Origin: Trichormus sp. ATA11-4-KO1
Lineage (GTDB): Bacteria > Cyanobacteriota > Cyanobacteriia > Cyanobacteriales > Nostocaceae
Direction: 5' to 3'
Assembly (NCBI GenBank): GCA_019358915.1
Contig: JAHHIM010000005.1
Span: 96,001-160,000 of the forward strand
DNA length: 64,000 nt
Part shown: positions 32,059 to 41,841 of the stretch, piece by piece
Layout of the letters: each line of letters begins with the position of its first letter
How positions within the stretch are numbered: the stretch's first letter is position 1
Notes under the pieces: generated by a model
Databases searched by the model: none
Told to the model about the DNA's origin: nothing
What the model saw: the letters and a program-made list of their open reading frames with translations, nothing else
Position numbers and translations under genes: made by a program

Positions 32059-32117
32059 TTAATATTCCTTTGTCAAAATTTGCAAACTACGTACAGCCTG
32101 GCGGCATCCGTAGGCTC

Positions 32118-32147
32118 TATTACGAATTACGAATTACGAATTACGAA
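32118..32147. repeat. (AATTACG)n STRR
   Basis: About four tandem heptamers between nrtD and nrtP. Confidence 0.85.
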
Positions 32148-32978
32148 TTATTCTGCGTGGGCGCATCGGCGATAGAGGAAGTCTAGGGCGTAGTTCCGTA
32201 GGTTGTAATATTCGGGGTCTTCCATGATTTGGCGGCGATTACGGGGACGGGAGAAGGGTATATTTAGGACTTCGCCGATGTTGGCGGCTGGGCCGTTGGT
32301 CATCATGACGAGTCGGTCTGCGAGGAATAGTGCTTCATCAATGTCATGGGTGATCATTAAAACGGTGACTTGATGTTCTTGCCAGATTTGTAGTAGTTCT
32401 TCTTGCAATTCTTCTTTGGTGATGGCATCTAATGCACCGAAGGGTTCATCTAAAATCAATACTTGGGGACGTATGGATAAGGCGCGGGCGATCGCCACTC
32501 GTTGTTTCATCCCCCCAGAAATCTGATGAGGTTTTTTGTCTGCGGCTTCGGTGAGTCCTACCATTGCTAGGTGTTCTCTGGCGATCGCTCTTTTTTCAGC
32601 TTTGGTTTTTTGGGGAAATACCGTATCTACAGCTAGATAAACGTTGTCAAATACACTCAGCCACGGTAGTAAGCAGTAGTTTTGGAATACCATCATCCTG
32701 TCTGGGCCGGGTTCTGTGATGGGTTTATCTTGCAGTAGCACAACGCCATCAGTGGGCGTATTAAATCCCGAAATCATGTTCAGTAGAGTTGATTTACCGC
32801 AGCCTGAGTGACCAATAATGCAAACAAATTCACCTTCTTGAACTTTGAGATCAATGCCATCGATTACGGTGTAAGGCCCCTCGGAAGTTGGGTAAATCTT
32901 GCTGACACCATCAATTACTAAAAAGTTATCTGCTTTTTGGAGTTGGTTTGTTTGGGTATTTTTGTTGACTAATTGCAT
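32148..32978 (-). CDS. nrtD: Nitrate ABC transporter ATP-binding subunit D
   Basis: GHSGCGKST, ISGGMKQR and LDEPFGALD motifs. Confidence 0.95.
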   Translation of the reverse strand: MQLVNKNTQTNQLQKADNFLVIDGVSKIYPTSEGPYTVIDGIDLKVQEGEFVCIIGHSGCGKSTLLNMISGFNTPTDGVVLLQDKPITEPGPDRMMVFQNYCLLPWLSVFDNVYLAVDTVFPQKTKAEKRAIAREHLAMVGLTEAADKKPHQISGGMKQRVAIARALSIRPQVLILDEPFGALDAITKEELQEELLQIWQEHQVTVLMITHDIDEALFLADRLVMMTNGPAANIGEVLNIPFSRPRNRRQIMEDPEYYNLRNYALDFLYRRCAHAE

Positions 32979-33089
32979 GGTTTAAGTTTTGGTAATAAGT
33001 ATTTTGATAAATTAACCACAGAGACACAGAGAACACAGAGAAATGATGTCTTATATTCTTTCTTTGCGCCTTTGCGTCTTTGCGTGAAA

Positions 33090-35072
33090 TTAAATCAACA
33101 CCTCTTCAATGCGAATCTGCCTTTTAATTTCCAAACTTTTCAGATACTCAATTGGTTCAGAAGAATTAAAAACCTTGCCATCAAATAAATGAATCGGATC
33201 ATCCCAACCGATATCCAACAAACCCAAATCCCTCGCCGCCGCACCAAAGACATCTGTACGACAAACGCGTTCAATCACTTCCACCCAATTTTTAGGAAAG
33301 GGTACTAAGTCCCAACGTGCTAGTTGAGTTACCATCCACAAAAGTTCTGTGCGGTTGGGATAGTTAGTTTTGTTGAGATAAAACTGGTTATATGCTGTGA
33401 GTTCTTCTGGTTGAGTACCATCGCCGCGATCATAGGGGTCAATGAAACCAGGACGAACATATATCGGATTTACATCCAAATATTCAGAACGACAAATTAT
33501 CTCTAAAATTTCTTCGCGGTTGCGGAGTTCATCGCAGTATTGGCAGGCTTCTATCAGTGCTTTCACTAAAGCAAGATAAGTTTCTGGGTACTTTTGCGCC
33601 CAATCTTCACGCACTCCGAGAACTTTTTTCGGCTGTCCTGACCAAATTTCTAAGGCGGTGGCGGCGACAAAACCGAAGCCTTCATGCACGGCTATGTAAT
33701 TCCAAGGTTCTCCTGCACAGTAACCGTCAATGTTACCGGCTTTAAGCTGAGAAACCATTTCCATTGGGGGAATCACACTCAAACTGACATCTCTATCAGG
33801 GTTAATCCCGCCAGCCGCTAACCAATAACGCAGAATTAAGTTCTGCATGGATGTGGGATGACTGACTCCTAAGGTGAGAACTTGGTCGGGATATTCATTA
33901 ATTACCGCTTTTAAGTCGGCCGGGTTTCTCACACCTTGGTTGTATAATTTTTTGCTTAAGGTAATGGCGTTAGCATTGCGGGAGAGATTTAAGGCGTTAA
34001 CTATACAAATCGGTGTTTTTCCACCAGCACCCAAAGTCATAGCTAAGGGCATTCCCGCCAACATTTGGGCTGCATCTAATTTGCCTGTAGCTACACCTTT
34101 GGCGATTTCGTTCCAACTGCCGGCACGGTTGAGGGTAATATTTTCTAACCCGTATTTAGCAAAGAAGCCTTTTTCTTTCGCCACTATTAACGGTGCAGCA
34201 TCAGTTAAAGGCATAAAGCCAAGTTCTAAATTGACTTTTTCTAAACCAGATTTAACTACTGGTGCAGAAATTTGTTGTGCTTTGCGTTTCTTGGCTTGCT
34301 TTTGTTGGTTGAGGAAATAAATCATTTCATTCCGCAGATTGTAGTAACTGGGATGTTTGACTACTTCCAAACGTTCACGAGGACGGGGAATTGGTACTTC
34401 GAGGATTTGCCCGATGTGCGCTTCTGGCCCATTGGTCAGCATCACCACGCGATCGCTTAACAATAATGCCTCATCTACATCGTGTGTCACCATCACACAG
34501 GTAACATTGTGTTCATTGCAGATTTTCATCAATTGAGCCTGCAAACTCCCTCTGGTTAAAGCATCCAACGCCCCAAACGGTTCATCTAATAGCAACAACT
34601 TCGGACGAGTAGCCAAAGCGCGGGCGATCGCTACCCGTTGTTTCATCCCCCCAGATAACTCATGAGGACGTTTATTCGCTGCTAGGCGCAGTCCCACCAT
34701 GTCCATATGTTCTTCAATAATGCTCCGGCGCTGACCTTTAGGTTCATTTTTATAGACCTCATCCACAGCTAAGGCAATGTTTTCTCGCACTGTTAACCAA
34801 GGTAGCAACGAGTAGTTTTGAAACACTACCATTCTGTCTGGACCAGGTTCTCTGATTTCCCGACCTTCCAAAGTCACCCCACCAACACTAGCTTGATCTA
34901 AACCAGCAATGATATTCAGTAAAGTAGATTTACCACAACCAGAATGTCCAATTAAAGAAACAAACTCCCCTTCTCTGATTTTTAATTCAATATTCTTTAG
35001 GGCGATATACTTGCCACCATTCGGCAAATCAAATACACGATCAACGTGATCAATTTCAACAAAAGTAACCAT
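33090..35072 (-). CDS. nrtC: Nitrate ABC transporter ATP-binding subunit C (ATPase plus NrtA-like domain)
   Basis: N-terminal ABC ATPase and C-terminal binding-protein-like domain (LGFMPLTDAAPL); 660 aa. Confidence 0.95.
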   Translation of the reverse strand: MVTFVEIDHVDRVFDLPNGGKYIALKNIELKIREGEFVSLIGHSGCGKSTLLNIIAGLDQASVGGVTLEGREIREPGPDRMVVFQNYSLLPWLTVRENIALAVDEVYKNEPKGQRRSIIEEHMDMVGLRLAANKRPHELSGGMKQRVAIARALATRPKLLLLDEPFGALDALTRGSLQAQLMKICNEHNVTCVMVTHDVDEALLLSDRVVMLTNGPEAHIGQILEVPIPRPRERLEVVKHPSYYNLRNEMIYFLNQQKQAKKRKAQQISAPVVKSGLEKVNLELGFMPLTDAAPLIVAKEKGFFAKYGLENITLNRAGSWNEIAKGVATGKLDAAQMLAGMPLAMTLGAGGKTPICIVNALNLSRNANAITLSKKLYNQGVRNPADLKAVINEYPDQVLTLGVSHPTSMQNLILRYWLAAGGINPDRDVSLSVIPPMEMVSQLKAGNIDGYCAGEPWNYIAVHEGFGFVAATALEIWSGQPKKVLGVREDWAQKYPETYLALVKALIEACQYCDELRNREEILEIICRSEYLDVNPIYVRPGFIDPYDRGDGTQPEELTAYNQFYLNKTNYPNRTELLWMVTQLARWDLVPFPKNWVEVIERVCRTDVFGAAARDLGLLDIGWDDPIHLFDGKVFNSSEPIEYLKSLEIKRQIRIEEVLI

Positions 35073-35078
35073 TTTATT

Positions 35079-35110
35079 AATTCGTAGTTCGTAATTCGTA
35101 ATTCGTAATT
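35079..35110. repeat. (AATTCGT)n STRR (reverse orientation)
   Basis: aattcgtagttcgtaattcgtaattcgtaatt between nrtB and nrtC. Confidence 0.8.
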
Positions 35111-35139
35111 AGGATATATTTTTTCCTAATCTCCAGTTC

Positions 35140-35979
35140 CTATTTTTGTTCTGCAACAACTTTACTAGCGATAAAGGCAACCAACTTATCCAACAGCAAA
35201 CCAACTATCCCGACATATATAAGTGCCAGAATAATCTCACTCAAATTAGTATCTGTAGTTGTGTTATAGGCATTCCAAATAAAGGAACCAATACCCACAC
35301 CACCAACTAACATTTCTGCCGCCACAATCGCCAACCAAGATAAACCAATGCCAATTCTTAACCCAGTGAATATGTAAGGAACTGTGGCAGGAAAGACAAT
35401 TTTTAAGAAATACTTAACTCCTCTTAACCGCAAAACTCTCGCTACATTGACATAATCTTGGGGAATTTGTTGTACACCTACTGTGGTGTTAATAATAATC
35501 GGCCAAATAGAGGTAATGAAAATCACGAAAATAGCTGAGGGATTCGCCTGTTGAAATGCTGCTAAGGAAATGGGCAACCATGCCAGAGGCGGTACTGTTC
35601 GCAATACTTGAAATAGAGGATCTACAGCATTATACAGGAAGCGATTAGCACCGACTAGAATTCCCACAACAATACCCACAATGGCGGCTAAAGAAAAGCC
35701 AATACCAACTCGTTCTAAGCTGCTAATTATTTGCCAGCCTAGACCTTTATCACTTTCGCCATTATCAAAAAATGGCTGAATAATAAAAGGGTCAAATGTG
35801 TCAGTAAAAGTTTTGCTCGGCCCAGGTAACTGGAAACCAGGCATCAAACTTAGTACTTCCCAAATTACTAAAAAAACAGCTAATGCTACTAGCGGCGGGA
35901 CAATTTTTCGCTTAATGAATTTATAAATAGCTTTTTGCGGCTTTTTTCGATTAACACGACTCCCCACAATAGCTGTCAT
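35140..35979 (-). CDS. nrtB: Nitrate ABC transporter permease
   Basis: DKGLGWQI, LRTVPPLAWLP and IFTGLRIGIGLSWLAIVAAEM motifs. Confidence 0.95.
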   Translation of the reverse strand: MTAIVGSRVNRKKPQKAIYKFIKRKIVPPLVALAVFLVIWEVLSLMPGFQLPGPSKTFTDTFDPFIIQPFFDNGESDKGLGWQIISSLERVGIGFSLAAIVGIVVGILVGANRFLYNAVDPLFQVLRTVPPLAWLPISLAAFQQANPSAIFVIFITSIWPIIINTTVGVQQIPQDYVNVARVLRLRGVKYFLKIVFPATVPYIFTGLRIGIGLSWLAIVAAEMLVGGVGIGSFIWNAYNTTTDTNLSEIILALIYVGIVGLLLDKLVAFIASKVVAEQK

Positions 35980-36035
35980 TTCTGATTTCTCCTGTTGAAT
36001 TTATTGGATTACGCAAGCAGTGATTACAGACTTAA

Positions 36036-37334
36036 TTAGACTTTCTTGATTTTCAAGTTATTTAAATATTCTTCTGGTTTTTCTGGGTCGAATTTGACAC
36101 CATCAAAGAAAGTCTCTACTCCGCGAGAAGTACTAGTAGGAATTTGATTATCAGGTACACCAATTGCTTTAGCTGCTTGTTTCCACAAATCTTCTTTATT
36201 CACCTGGTTAACAACTTCTTGAATTTTGGTATTTTTTGGTAAATAGCCCCAGCGAATATTTTCGGTCAAGAACCAAATATCATGACTCTTGTAAGGGTAG
36301 GAAGCGTTATTTGCCCAGAATTTCATCCGATATGCGAAGTTTTCTTCTGTGCGTCCGTCACCAAAATCAATATTGCCTTTGGATCTTTCGATAATATCGG
36401 TAGCTGCAACGTTAAAGTATTTACGTTCCGAGCAGATTTTGCACATTTCTTCGACATTTTCTGGCTGGTCGCACCATTGTTGTGCTTCCAAAACTGCCAT
36501 CAACATTGCCTTTGCCGCGTTGGGATTTTGGTTAACCCAATCTTGTCGCATGGCGAAGGCTTTTTCTGGATGATCTTGCCATAATTGGCCTGTGACTAAG
36601 GCTGAATAACCGATTTTTTGGTTAACTAATTGAGCGTTCCAAGGTTCTCCTACACAAAAGGAATCAATGGTGTTGACTTTCATATTTGCCACCATTTGTG
36701 GTGGTGGTACAGGTGATAAAACTACATCTTGGTCTGGATTGATACCACCTGCTGCTAACCAGTAGCGCATCCATAAATCGTGTGTACCACCAGGAAAGGT
36801 CATACCAAATTTCAAGGCGTTTTGTGCGGCTTTGGCTTTAGATGCTGCTTCCTTCAGCGCCTTGCTTTCTAACTGAACATTAAATTCTTTAAATTTATTG
36901 GCAACGGAAATACCCTGCCCATTGGTATTTAATCGTGCTAAAATATACATTGGCGCTAGATTATTGATGGTCATTAGGTAGGGCATAGGGCTGAGGATGT
37001 GTGCCCCATCAATACCACCACCGGCTGAACCAATTGCTAAATTATCGCGGGTGACAGGCCAGGATGTTTGCTTAATTACCTCGACATCGGTCATGCCATA
37101 TTTGGCAAAGATGCCTTTTTCTTTAGCGATAATTAAAGGAGCAGAGTCAGTTAAGGCGATAAATCCTAACTTAACTTGGGTAGTTTCTACTTTTGGTGCG
37201 TTAGTGGCTAAAGAAACGTTGGTAGCAGTTGTTGTACCCGACTGAGAATTATTTGTACAACCATGAGCCAAAATGGAAGCTGCTGCTGCCGCACCTGCGG
37301 TGTAAATGAATTTTCTTCTAGGAAAGTTTGTCAT
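36036..37334 (-). CDS. nrtA: Nitrate ABC transporter substrate-binding lipoprotein
   Basis: Tat-like PRRKF and lipobox LAHGC; LGFIALTD, TFPGGTHD and CVGEPWN motifs. Confidence 0.95.
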   Translation of the reverse strand: MTNFPRRKFIYTAGAAAAASILAHGCTNNSQSGTTTATNVSLATNAPKVETTQVKLGFIALTDSAPLIIAKEKGIFAKYGMTDVEVIKQTSWPVTRDNLAIGSAGGGIDGAHILSPMPYLMTINNLAPMYILARLNTNGQGISVANKFKEFNVQLESKALKEAASKAKAAQNALKFGMTFPGGTHDLWMRYWLAAGGINPDQDVVLSPVPPPQMVANMKVNTIDSFCVGEPWNAQLVNQKIGYSALVTGQLWQDHPEKAFAMRQDWVNQNPNAAKAMLMAVLEAQQWCDQPENVEEMCKICSERKYFNVAATDIIERSKGNIDFGDGRTEENFAYRMKFWANNASYPYKSHDIWFLTENIRWGYLPKNTKIQEVVNQVNKEDLWKQAAKAIGVPDNQIPTSTSRGVETFFDGVKFDPEKPEEYLNNLKIKKV

Positions 37335-37412
37335 TGGTTTAGTAGTGCTTGATGAATCAAAAGAGAATGCGACAGATGCAGTCCTGTAACTTTGGTAGAT
37401 TACGACTAACGT

Positions 37413-37496
37413 AATTACGAATTACCTTCGCGCAGCGTTTCCGATAGCGCAGCGTGGCGTAGCCATAGGAAATTTACGAATTACGAATTACGAATT
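37413..37496. repeat. (AATTACG)n STRR interrupted by two nested SDR-like hairpin elements
   Basis: ttcgcgcagcgtttccga[tagcgcagcgtggcgtagcca]taggaaa lies inside the heptamer array. Confidence 0.75.
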
Positions 37497-39045
37497 AGAT
37501 TGGTTTTGCCCCGAAGTGTTGGATGAGTAAGTCTCGTAATACTGGCTGTAGGTCTTCGCAAGGAATACCTTTTTGTATGCATTGACCTAGATGTGCGTCT
37601 TTGCCAACTTTGCCACCCATATAGATGTCTACGCCTTCTACAGCTTTGCCATTTTTCCGGGCTTTGGTTCCCATCAAACCGATGTCTGCAACTTGGGGTT
37701 GTCCGCAGGAGTTGGGGCAACCAGTCCAATGAATTCTTACTGGTTGAGTTAGGGTTAACTCGCTTTCTAAGGCTTTAACCATTTCCAGGGCGCGGTTTTT
37801 GGTTTCGATGAGGGCAAAGTTGCAAAATTGTGCGCCTGTGCAAGATACTAGCGATCGCGTCAGTATATCCGGATTAATAGAAAACCTATTCAGTAAAGAC
37901 TCTGTTAAAAATGTTTCTAAACGCGAGTCAGGAATATTCGGGATAATCACGTTCTGTTCAACTGTCAGCCGAATTTCGCCATTGCCGTAGACCTCGGCTA
38001 GACTGGCAATTTCAAACATATCTTGGGCATATAACCGACCTACCGGAATATGCAAACCTACGTAATTTAATCCAGCTTGCTTTTGTTTATATACACCAAC
38101 GTGGTCACGTTTTTCCCAATCGATCTCGTCTTTGGGGGCTGCGGGTAATAATGATTTACCCAAACGCTTTTCCACTTCAGAGCGAAACTTATCTACACCC
38201 CATTCATCAATTAGCCACATTAGGCGAGATTTCAGACGATTAGCACGTAAGCCGTTGTCACGATAAACTTCTAAAACCGCTCTACATACAGCGACTACTT
38301 CTTCTGGAGTTACCCAAGCATTTAAGGGAATCGCCGCTTCACAACGTTTAGCAGAGAAGAACCCACCAACGAGGATGTTAAAGCCGAAGATGGGTTCTTC
38401 CCCATTACCTTGTTTAAAAGCTGGAACAAAGGCTAAGTCGTTGATTTCTGCATGAACTGAATTGTCACGTCCCCCGGCGATCGCAATATTAAATTTCCGG
38501 GGTAAGTTGGTAAACTCTGGATTTCCTTGACCTTTGTTGGTCAGCATATCCTGAATTTGCTGCACCAATTCTCTGGTATCATACAACTCATCAGCATCCA
38601 GCCCGGCTACAGGGTTACCTGTGATATTACGGACGTTATCCATCCCTGATTGGACACTGGTTAAACCAACGGCGTGAAATCTATTAAAGATATCTGGTAA
38701 ATCCTCAATTCTGATCCCCCGCAATTGGATATTTTGTCTCGTAGTAATATCAGCACTACCATCATCTCCGTAGCGCTGAACTACTGCCGCTAAAACACGC
38801 ATTTGATTGCTCGTGAGAATACCGTTAGGTATCCGCATCCGCATCATAAATTTACCAGGTGTGACTGGGCGAAAAAATACACCCACCCATTTGAGCCGAT
38901 GGTCTCGGTCAGTTTCATCCATTGCTTCCCAACCGAGATTGGCGAATTTTTCTATCTCCTCCTTAACGGCAAGTCCGTCTTTTTCGGCTTTGAATTTTTC
39001 AAATTTATTGAGGTTGACTTTGGTGGTTTCTGCTGTAACTGTCAT
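37495..39045 (-). CDS. nirA: Ferredoxin-nitrite reductase
   Basis: ITTRQN, MDNVRN, LPRKFN, CTGAQFC and HWTGCPNSC motifs. Start placed at ATG 39045. Confidence 0.97.
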   Translation of the reverse strand: MTVTAETTKVNLNKFEKFKAEKDGLAVKEEIEKFANLGWEAMDETDRDHRLKWVGVFFRPVTPGKFMMRMRIPNGILTSNQMRVLAAVVQRYGDDGSADITTRQNIQLRGIRIEDLPDIFNRFHAVGLTSVQSGMDNVRNITGNPVAGLDADELYDTRELVQQIQDMLTNKGQGNPEFTNLPRKFNIAIAGGRDNSVHAEINDLAFVPAFKQGNGEEPIFGFNILVGGFFSAKRCEAAIPLNAWVTPEEVVAVCRAVLEVYRDNGLRANRLKSRLMWLIDEWGVDKFRSEVEKRLGKSLLPAAPKDEIDWEKRDHVGVYKQKQAGLNYVGLHIPVGRLYAQDMFEIASLAEVYGNGEIRLTVEQNVIIPNIPDSRLETFLTESLLNRFSINPDILTRSLVSCTGAQFCNFALIETKNRALEMVKALESELTLTQPVRIHWTGCPNSCGQPQVADIGLMGTKARKNGKAVEGVDIYMGGKVGKDAHLGQCIQKGIPCEDLQPVLRDLLIQHFGAKPI

Positions 39046-39133
39046 AAACTGACTCTCATTGCAAGTAACTGCTAATTTGCAAGAACCTTGGAACTCGTTG
39101 TCCAATCTCAAACCCGTAATCTTTTAAATTCTT

Positions 39134-39160
39134 AATTACGAATTACGAATTACGAATTAC
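39134..39160. repeat. (AATTACG)n STRR in the nirA leader
   Basis: About four tandem heptamers. Confidence 0.8.
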
Positions 39161-39338
39161 AAATAATAACTTAAGAACACTCCCAGGTGGCTCATCTGCT
39201 ACTTTATGACCGATAAGATACCTGTCTCATGCTGCAAGTGACTTCGTAATTAGTTTGGGGAAATTTGTAATCTTTTACATTGAAATGATTTGTCAAGTAG
39301 GTTTAGTTACTGTTTATGTAACGTTTTTGATACTTATC

Positions 39339-39380
39339 AGGTTAAGATGAGATTTTTGGTAAGATCGTATAGATAGCTAC
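39339..39380 (-). promoter_or_regulatory. NtcA-activated nirA operon promoter
   Basis: Minus strand reads GTAGCTATCTATAC (GTA-N8-TAC, 39380-39367), N22, TAACCT (TAN3T, 39344-39339). Confidence 0.9.
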
Positions 39381-39417
39381 AAAATTGTGATAAAATCGTT
39401 AAACTTGCATTAGTAAA

Positions 39418-39432
39418 ATGCATTTTTTGCAT
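39418..39432. promoter_or_regulatory. NtcB (LysR) binding site
   Basis: ATGCA-TTTTT-TGCAT (TGCA-N5-TGCA / AT-N11-AT), centred about 93 nt upstream of the predicted nirA TSS. Confidence 0.8.
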
Positions 39433-39599
39433 AATTTCCGCAAAAGAGCCAAAACTTATTACATCTGCGACTAAATTTAGTAGCGAATAGACTCAAACAA
39501 ACTTTGCGCCCCCCTGCGTTGATGAAATTGTGTACTTAGGCGATCGCTGTTAATCTAAATTGGAGAGATTAGTGACCGATTACACATAAGTTCCAAACT

Positions 39600-40007
39600 A
39601 TGAAACGTCGTGAATTGATCAATTGGGTGGGTTTAGGAGCAATAGCTAGTAGCCTACCCATAGCGATCGCTGCTTGTACTGCCAAAACTGCATCTGCAGA
39701 TTGGCAAATAGTGGGTACTGTTGCAGATTTAGATAAAAACGGGGAATTACTGGTGAAAAACTGGCCTACAGTTAATGTTTTAGTAGTTGGTACATCCCAA
39801 AGCGCAAATCTAATTGCTGTTGACCCTACTTGTACTCACTCAGGTTGTACAGTAACATGGCAAACTGAAGGCGAAAAATTTAACTGTCGTTGTCATGGCG
39901 CAGAATATGGCGCTGATGGTAATGTACAAAGAGGCCCCGCTACAGAACCTCTCAAATCTTACACCGCCAAGATAGAGAATAATTCAGTTTTAGTTAAGCC
40001 AAATTAG
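39600..40007 (+). CDS. Small Rieske 2Fe-2S protein (Tat signal)
   Basis: MKRRELI signal; CTHSGC and CRCHGAEY motifs; GPA..PL. Confidence 0.9.
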   Translation: MKRRELINWVGLGAIASSLPIAIAACTAKTASADWQIVGTVADLDKNGELLVKNWPTVNVLVVGTSQSANLIAVDPTCTHSGCTVTWQTEGEKFNCRCHGAEYGADGNVQRGPATEPLKSYTAKIENNSVLVKPN

Positions 40008-40024
40008 CTAATTAAAAAAGCATT

Positions 40025-41320
40025 GTGAACAATATCAACCAGCTTTTGGTGCAAGCACAGTTAGCAAAGGATACATCTGACTTGTCATCGCTGATTCAAT
40101 ATCTGCAACAGTTGACTTTAACAGACTCTACAAATCCAGAGATAGTTAAAAATCGAGAACATCTCCTAGAATTAGCACTCTCGGTTTTACAAGTAGGAGA
40201 CTTTCAGCAACGTTGGGATATTACCAAAGTATTGATTCACTTAGGAAATGTTGCCATACCCCCGTTAATTAACATCTTAAAAGATGAAGATACCGAAGAA
40301 GAATTACGCTGGTATGCAGCACGAATTTTAGGTGAATTTCAACACCCAAATACTATCTTTGCTTTAGTGGAATTACTGAAAAAAACTGAAGATGAAGAAC
40401 TCAAAGCGATCGCCGCAACAGCATTAGGGCAAATGGGTACTGTAGCGATTACAGCACTAACTGAACTACTAAACAAAGAAAATACAAGGCTTTTAGCAGT
40501 GCGATCGCTTGCCTATATTGGCACTAAAGAAATTATTACACCTCTATTAACTGTTGTACAAGATTCACAAGTCTTAGTCCGCACGGCCGTCATCGAAGCT
40601 CTTAGTAACTTTCATGATCAACGTGTACCACCAGTATTATTAAACGCCTTGGATGATTTGGCTGCTACCGTCAGATGTGCAGCAGTGCTGGGTTTAGGTT
40701 TCCGCGCTGATTTGTGTACAGAATTAAATTTAGTAACGAGACTACAACCAAGATTGTACGATTTTAATCTTGAGGTTTGTTGTGCTGCGGCGATCGCTTT
40801 ATCTCGCATGGGTACAGATGATGCAACTCACCAATTATTTCAGGTGCTTGTATCACCTAATACATCTGTACAACTGCAAGTAGAAATTATCCGAGGTTTG
40901 ATGTGGTGTGAGATGTTATCTGGTTTGGAGTATTTACACAAAGCACTAAATCAAACCACCTCAGAAACATTATGGCAGGAAATTATTACAGTTTTGGGAC
41001 AAGTACAAAAGCCCCAATTAAAGATACCAGCCGCAGAAATTTTATTAGAAATATTGCAATCTCAACATCCAGCCACCAATATTGCCAGTATTAAAAGTGC
41101 GATCGCTTTGGCTTTAGGACAGTTAGGTAATCAACAAGCTACTGAGTCATTAATTTTACTTCTAGCCGACACCAATCAAATAGTCAGACTCCGGGCGATC
41201 GCATCTTTGAAAAAACTGGCTGGAGAAGATGCACATCAACAATTACAGCAATTGGCTAATGACACCAAACTGTCACCAGATTTACAACAAGGAATAGCGA
41301 TCGCTTTAGCTGAGTGGTAA
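40025..41320 (+). CDS. nirB: HEAT-repeat protein NirB (nitrite reductase maturation)
   Basis: Multiple HEAT/PBS-lyase repeats; divergent from nirA after the Rieske gene, as in Anabaena. Confidence 0.75.
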   Translation: MNNINQLLVQAQLAKDTSDLSSLIQYLQQLTLTDSTNPEIVKNREHLLELALSVLQVGDFQQRWDITKVLIHLGNVAIPPLINILKDEDTEEELRWYAARILGEFQHPNTIFALVELLKKTEDEELKAIAATALGQMGTVAITALTELLNKENTRLLAVRSLAYIGTKEIITPLLTVVQDSQVLVRTAVIEALSNFHDQRVPPVLLNALDDLAATVRCAAVLGLGFRADLCTELNLVTRLQPRLYDFNLEVCCAAAIALSRMGTDDATHQLFQVLVSPNTSVQLQVEIIRGLMWCEMLSGLEYLHKALNQTTSETLWQEIITVLGQVQKPQLKIPAAEILLEILQSQHPATNIASIKSAIALALGQLGNQQATESLILLLADTNQIVRLRAIASLKKLAGEDAHQQLQQLANDTKLSPDLQQGIAIALAEW

Positions 41321-41388
41321 AGATAATATTGTGAACAGAATACAATCGCCAAGCTATGATTTAGAGCATATTGCCACTAATTAATGAT

Positions 41389-41595
41389 ATGAAAACCTTT
41401 ACCGCGATCATCGAGCGCGATAGTGAAACAAACCTCTATGTTGGCTACGTCCCTGGATTTCCTGGAGCGCATTCTCAGGGAGAAAGCTTAGATGAGTTAC
41501 AAAAAAATCTGCACGAAGTTATTTCGATGCTGCTAGAAGATGAAGACGTAAAATTTGAGACAGAATTTGTTGGTATTCAACAGATTGTGGTTTAG
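41389..41595 (+). CDS. hicB: HicB-family antitoxin
   Basis: FTAIIERD, YVGYVPGFPGAHSQGESLDEL motifs. Confidence 0.9.
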   Translation: MKTFTAIIERDSETNLYVGYVPGFPGAHSQGESLDELQKNLHEVISMLLEDEDVKFETEFVGIQQIVV

Positions 41596-41601
41596 TAAAG
41601 C

Positions 41602-41826
41602 ATGAGTAATATTCCTGTACTCAAGCCACAAGAAGTTCTCCGTATTCTAGAAAACCTTGGTTTTGTCGAAGTTCGTCAAAAAGGTTCACACAAGCAGTTT
41701 CGACATCAAGATGGTCGAGGAACAACAGTTCCATTTCATAAAGGGCGTGATATTTCACCAAGATTACTACGCCAGATTGCAAATGATATTGGTTTGTCTG
41801 TTGAAGAAATGCTGGAAGAGCAGTGA
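41602..41826 (+). CDS. hicA: HicA-family toxin
   Basis: LGFVEVRQKGSHKQFRH and TTVPFH motifs. Confidence 0.92.
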   Translation: MSNIPVLKPQEVLRILENLGFVEVRQKGSHKQFRHQDGRGTTVPFHKGRDISPRLLRQIANDIGLSVEEMLEEQ

Positions 41827-41841
41827 GGTTTCATGAGGTTT

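Noticed and set aside
30474..39160. CRISPR array
   Set aside because: The repeats are tandem heptamers without unique spacers, and there are no cas genes in the window.
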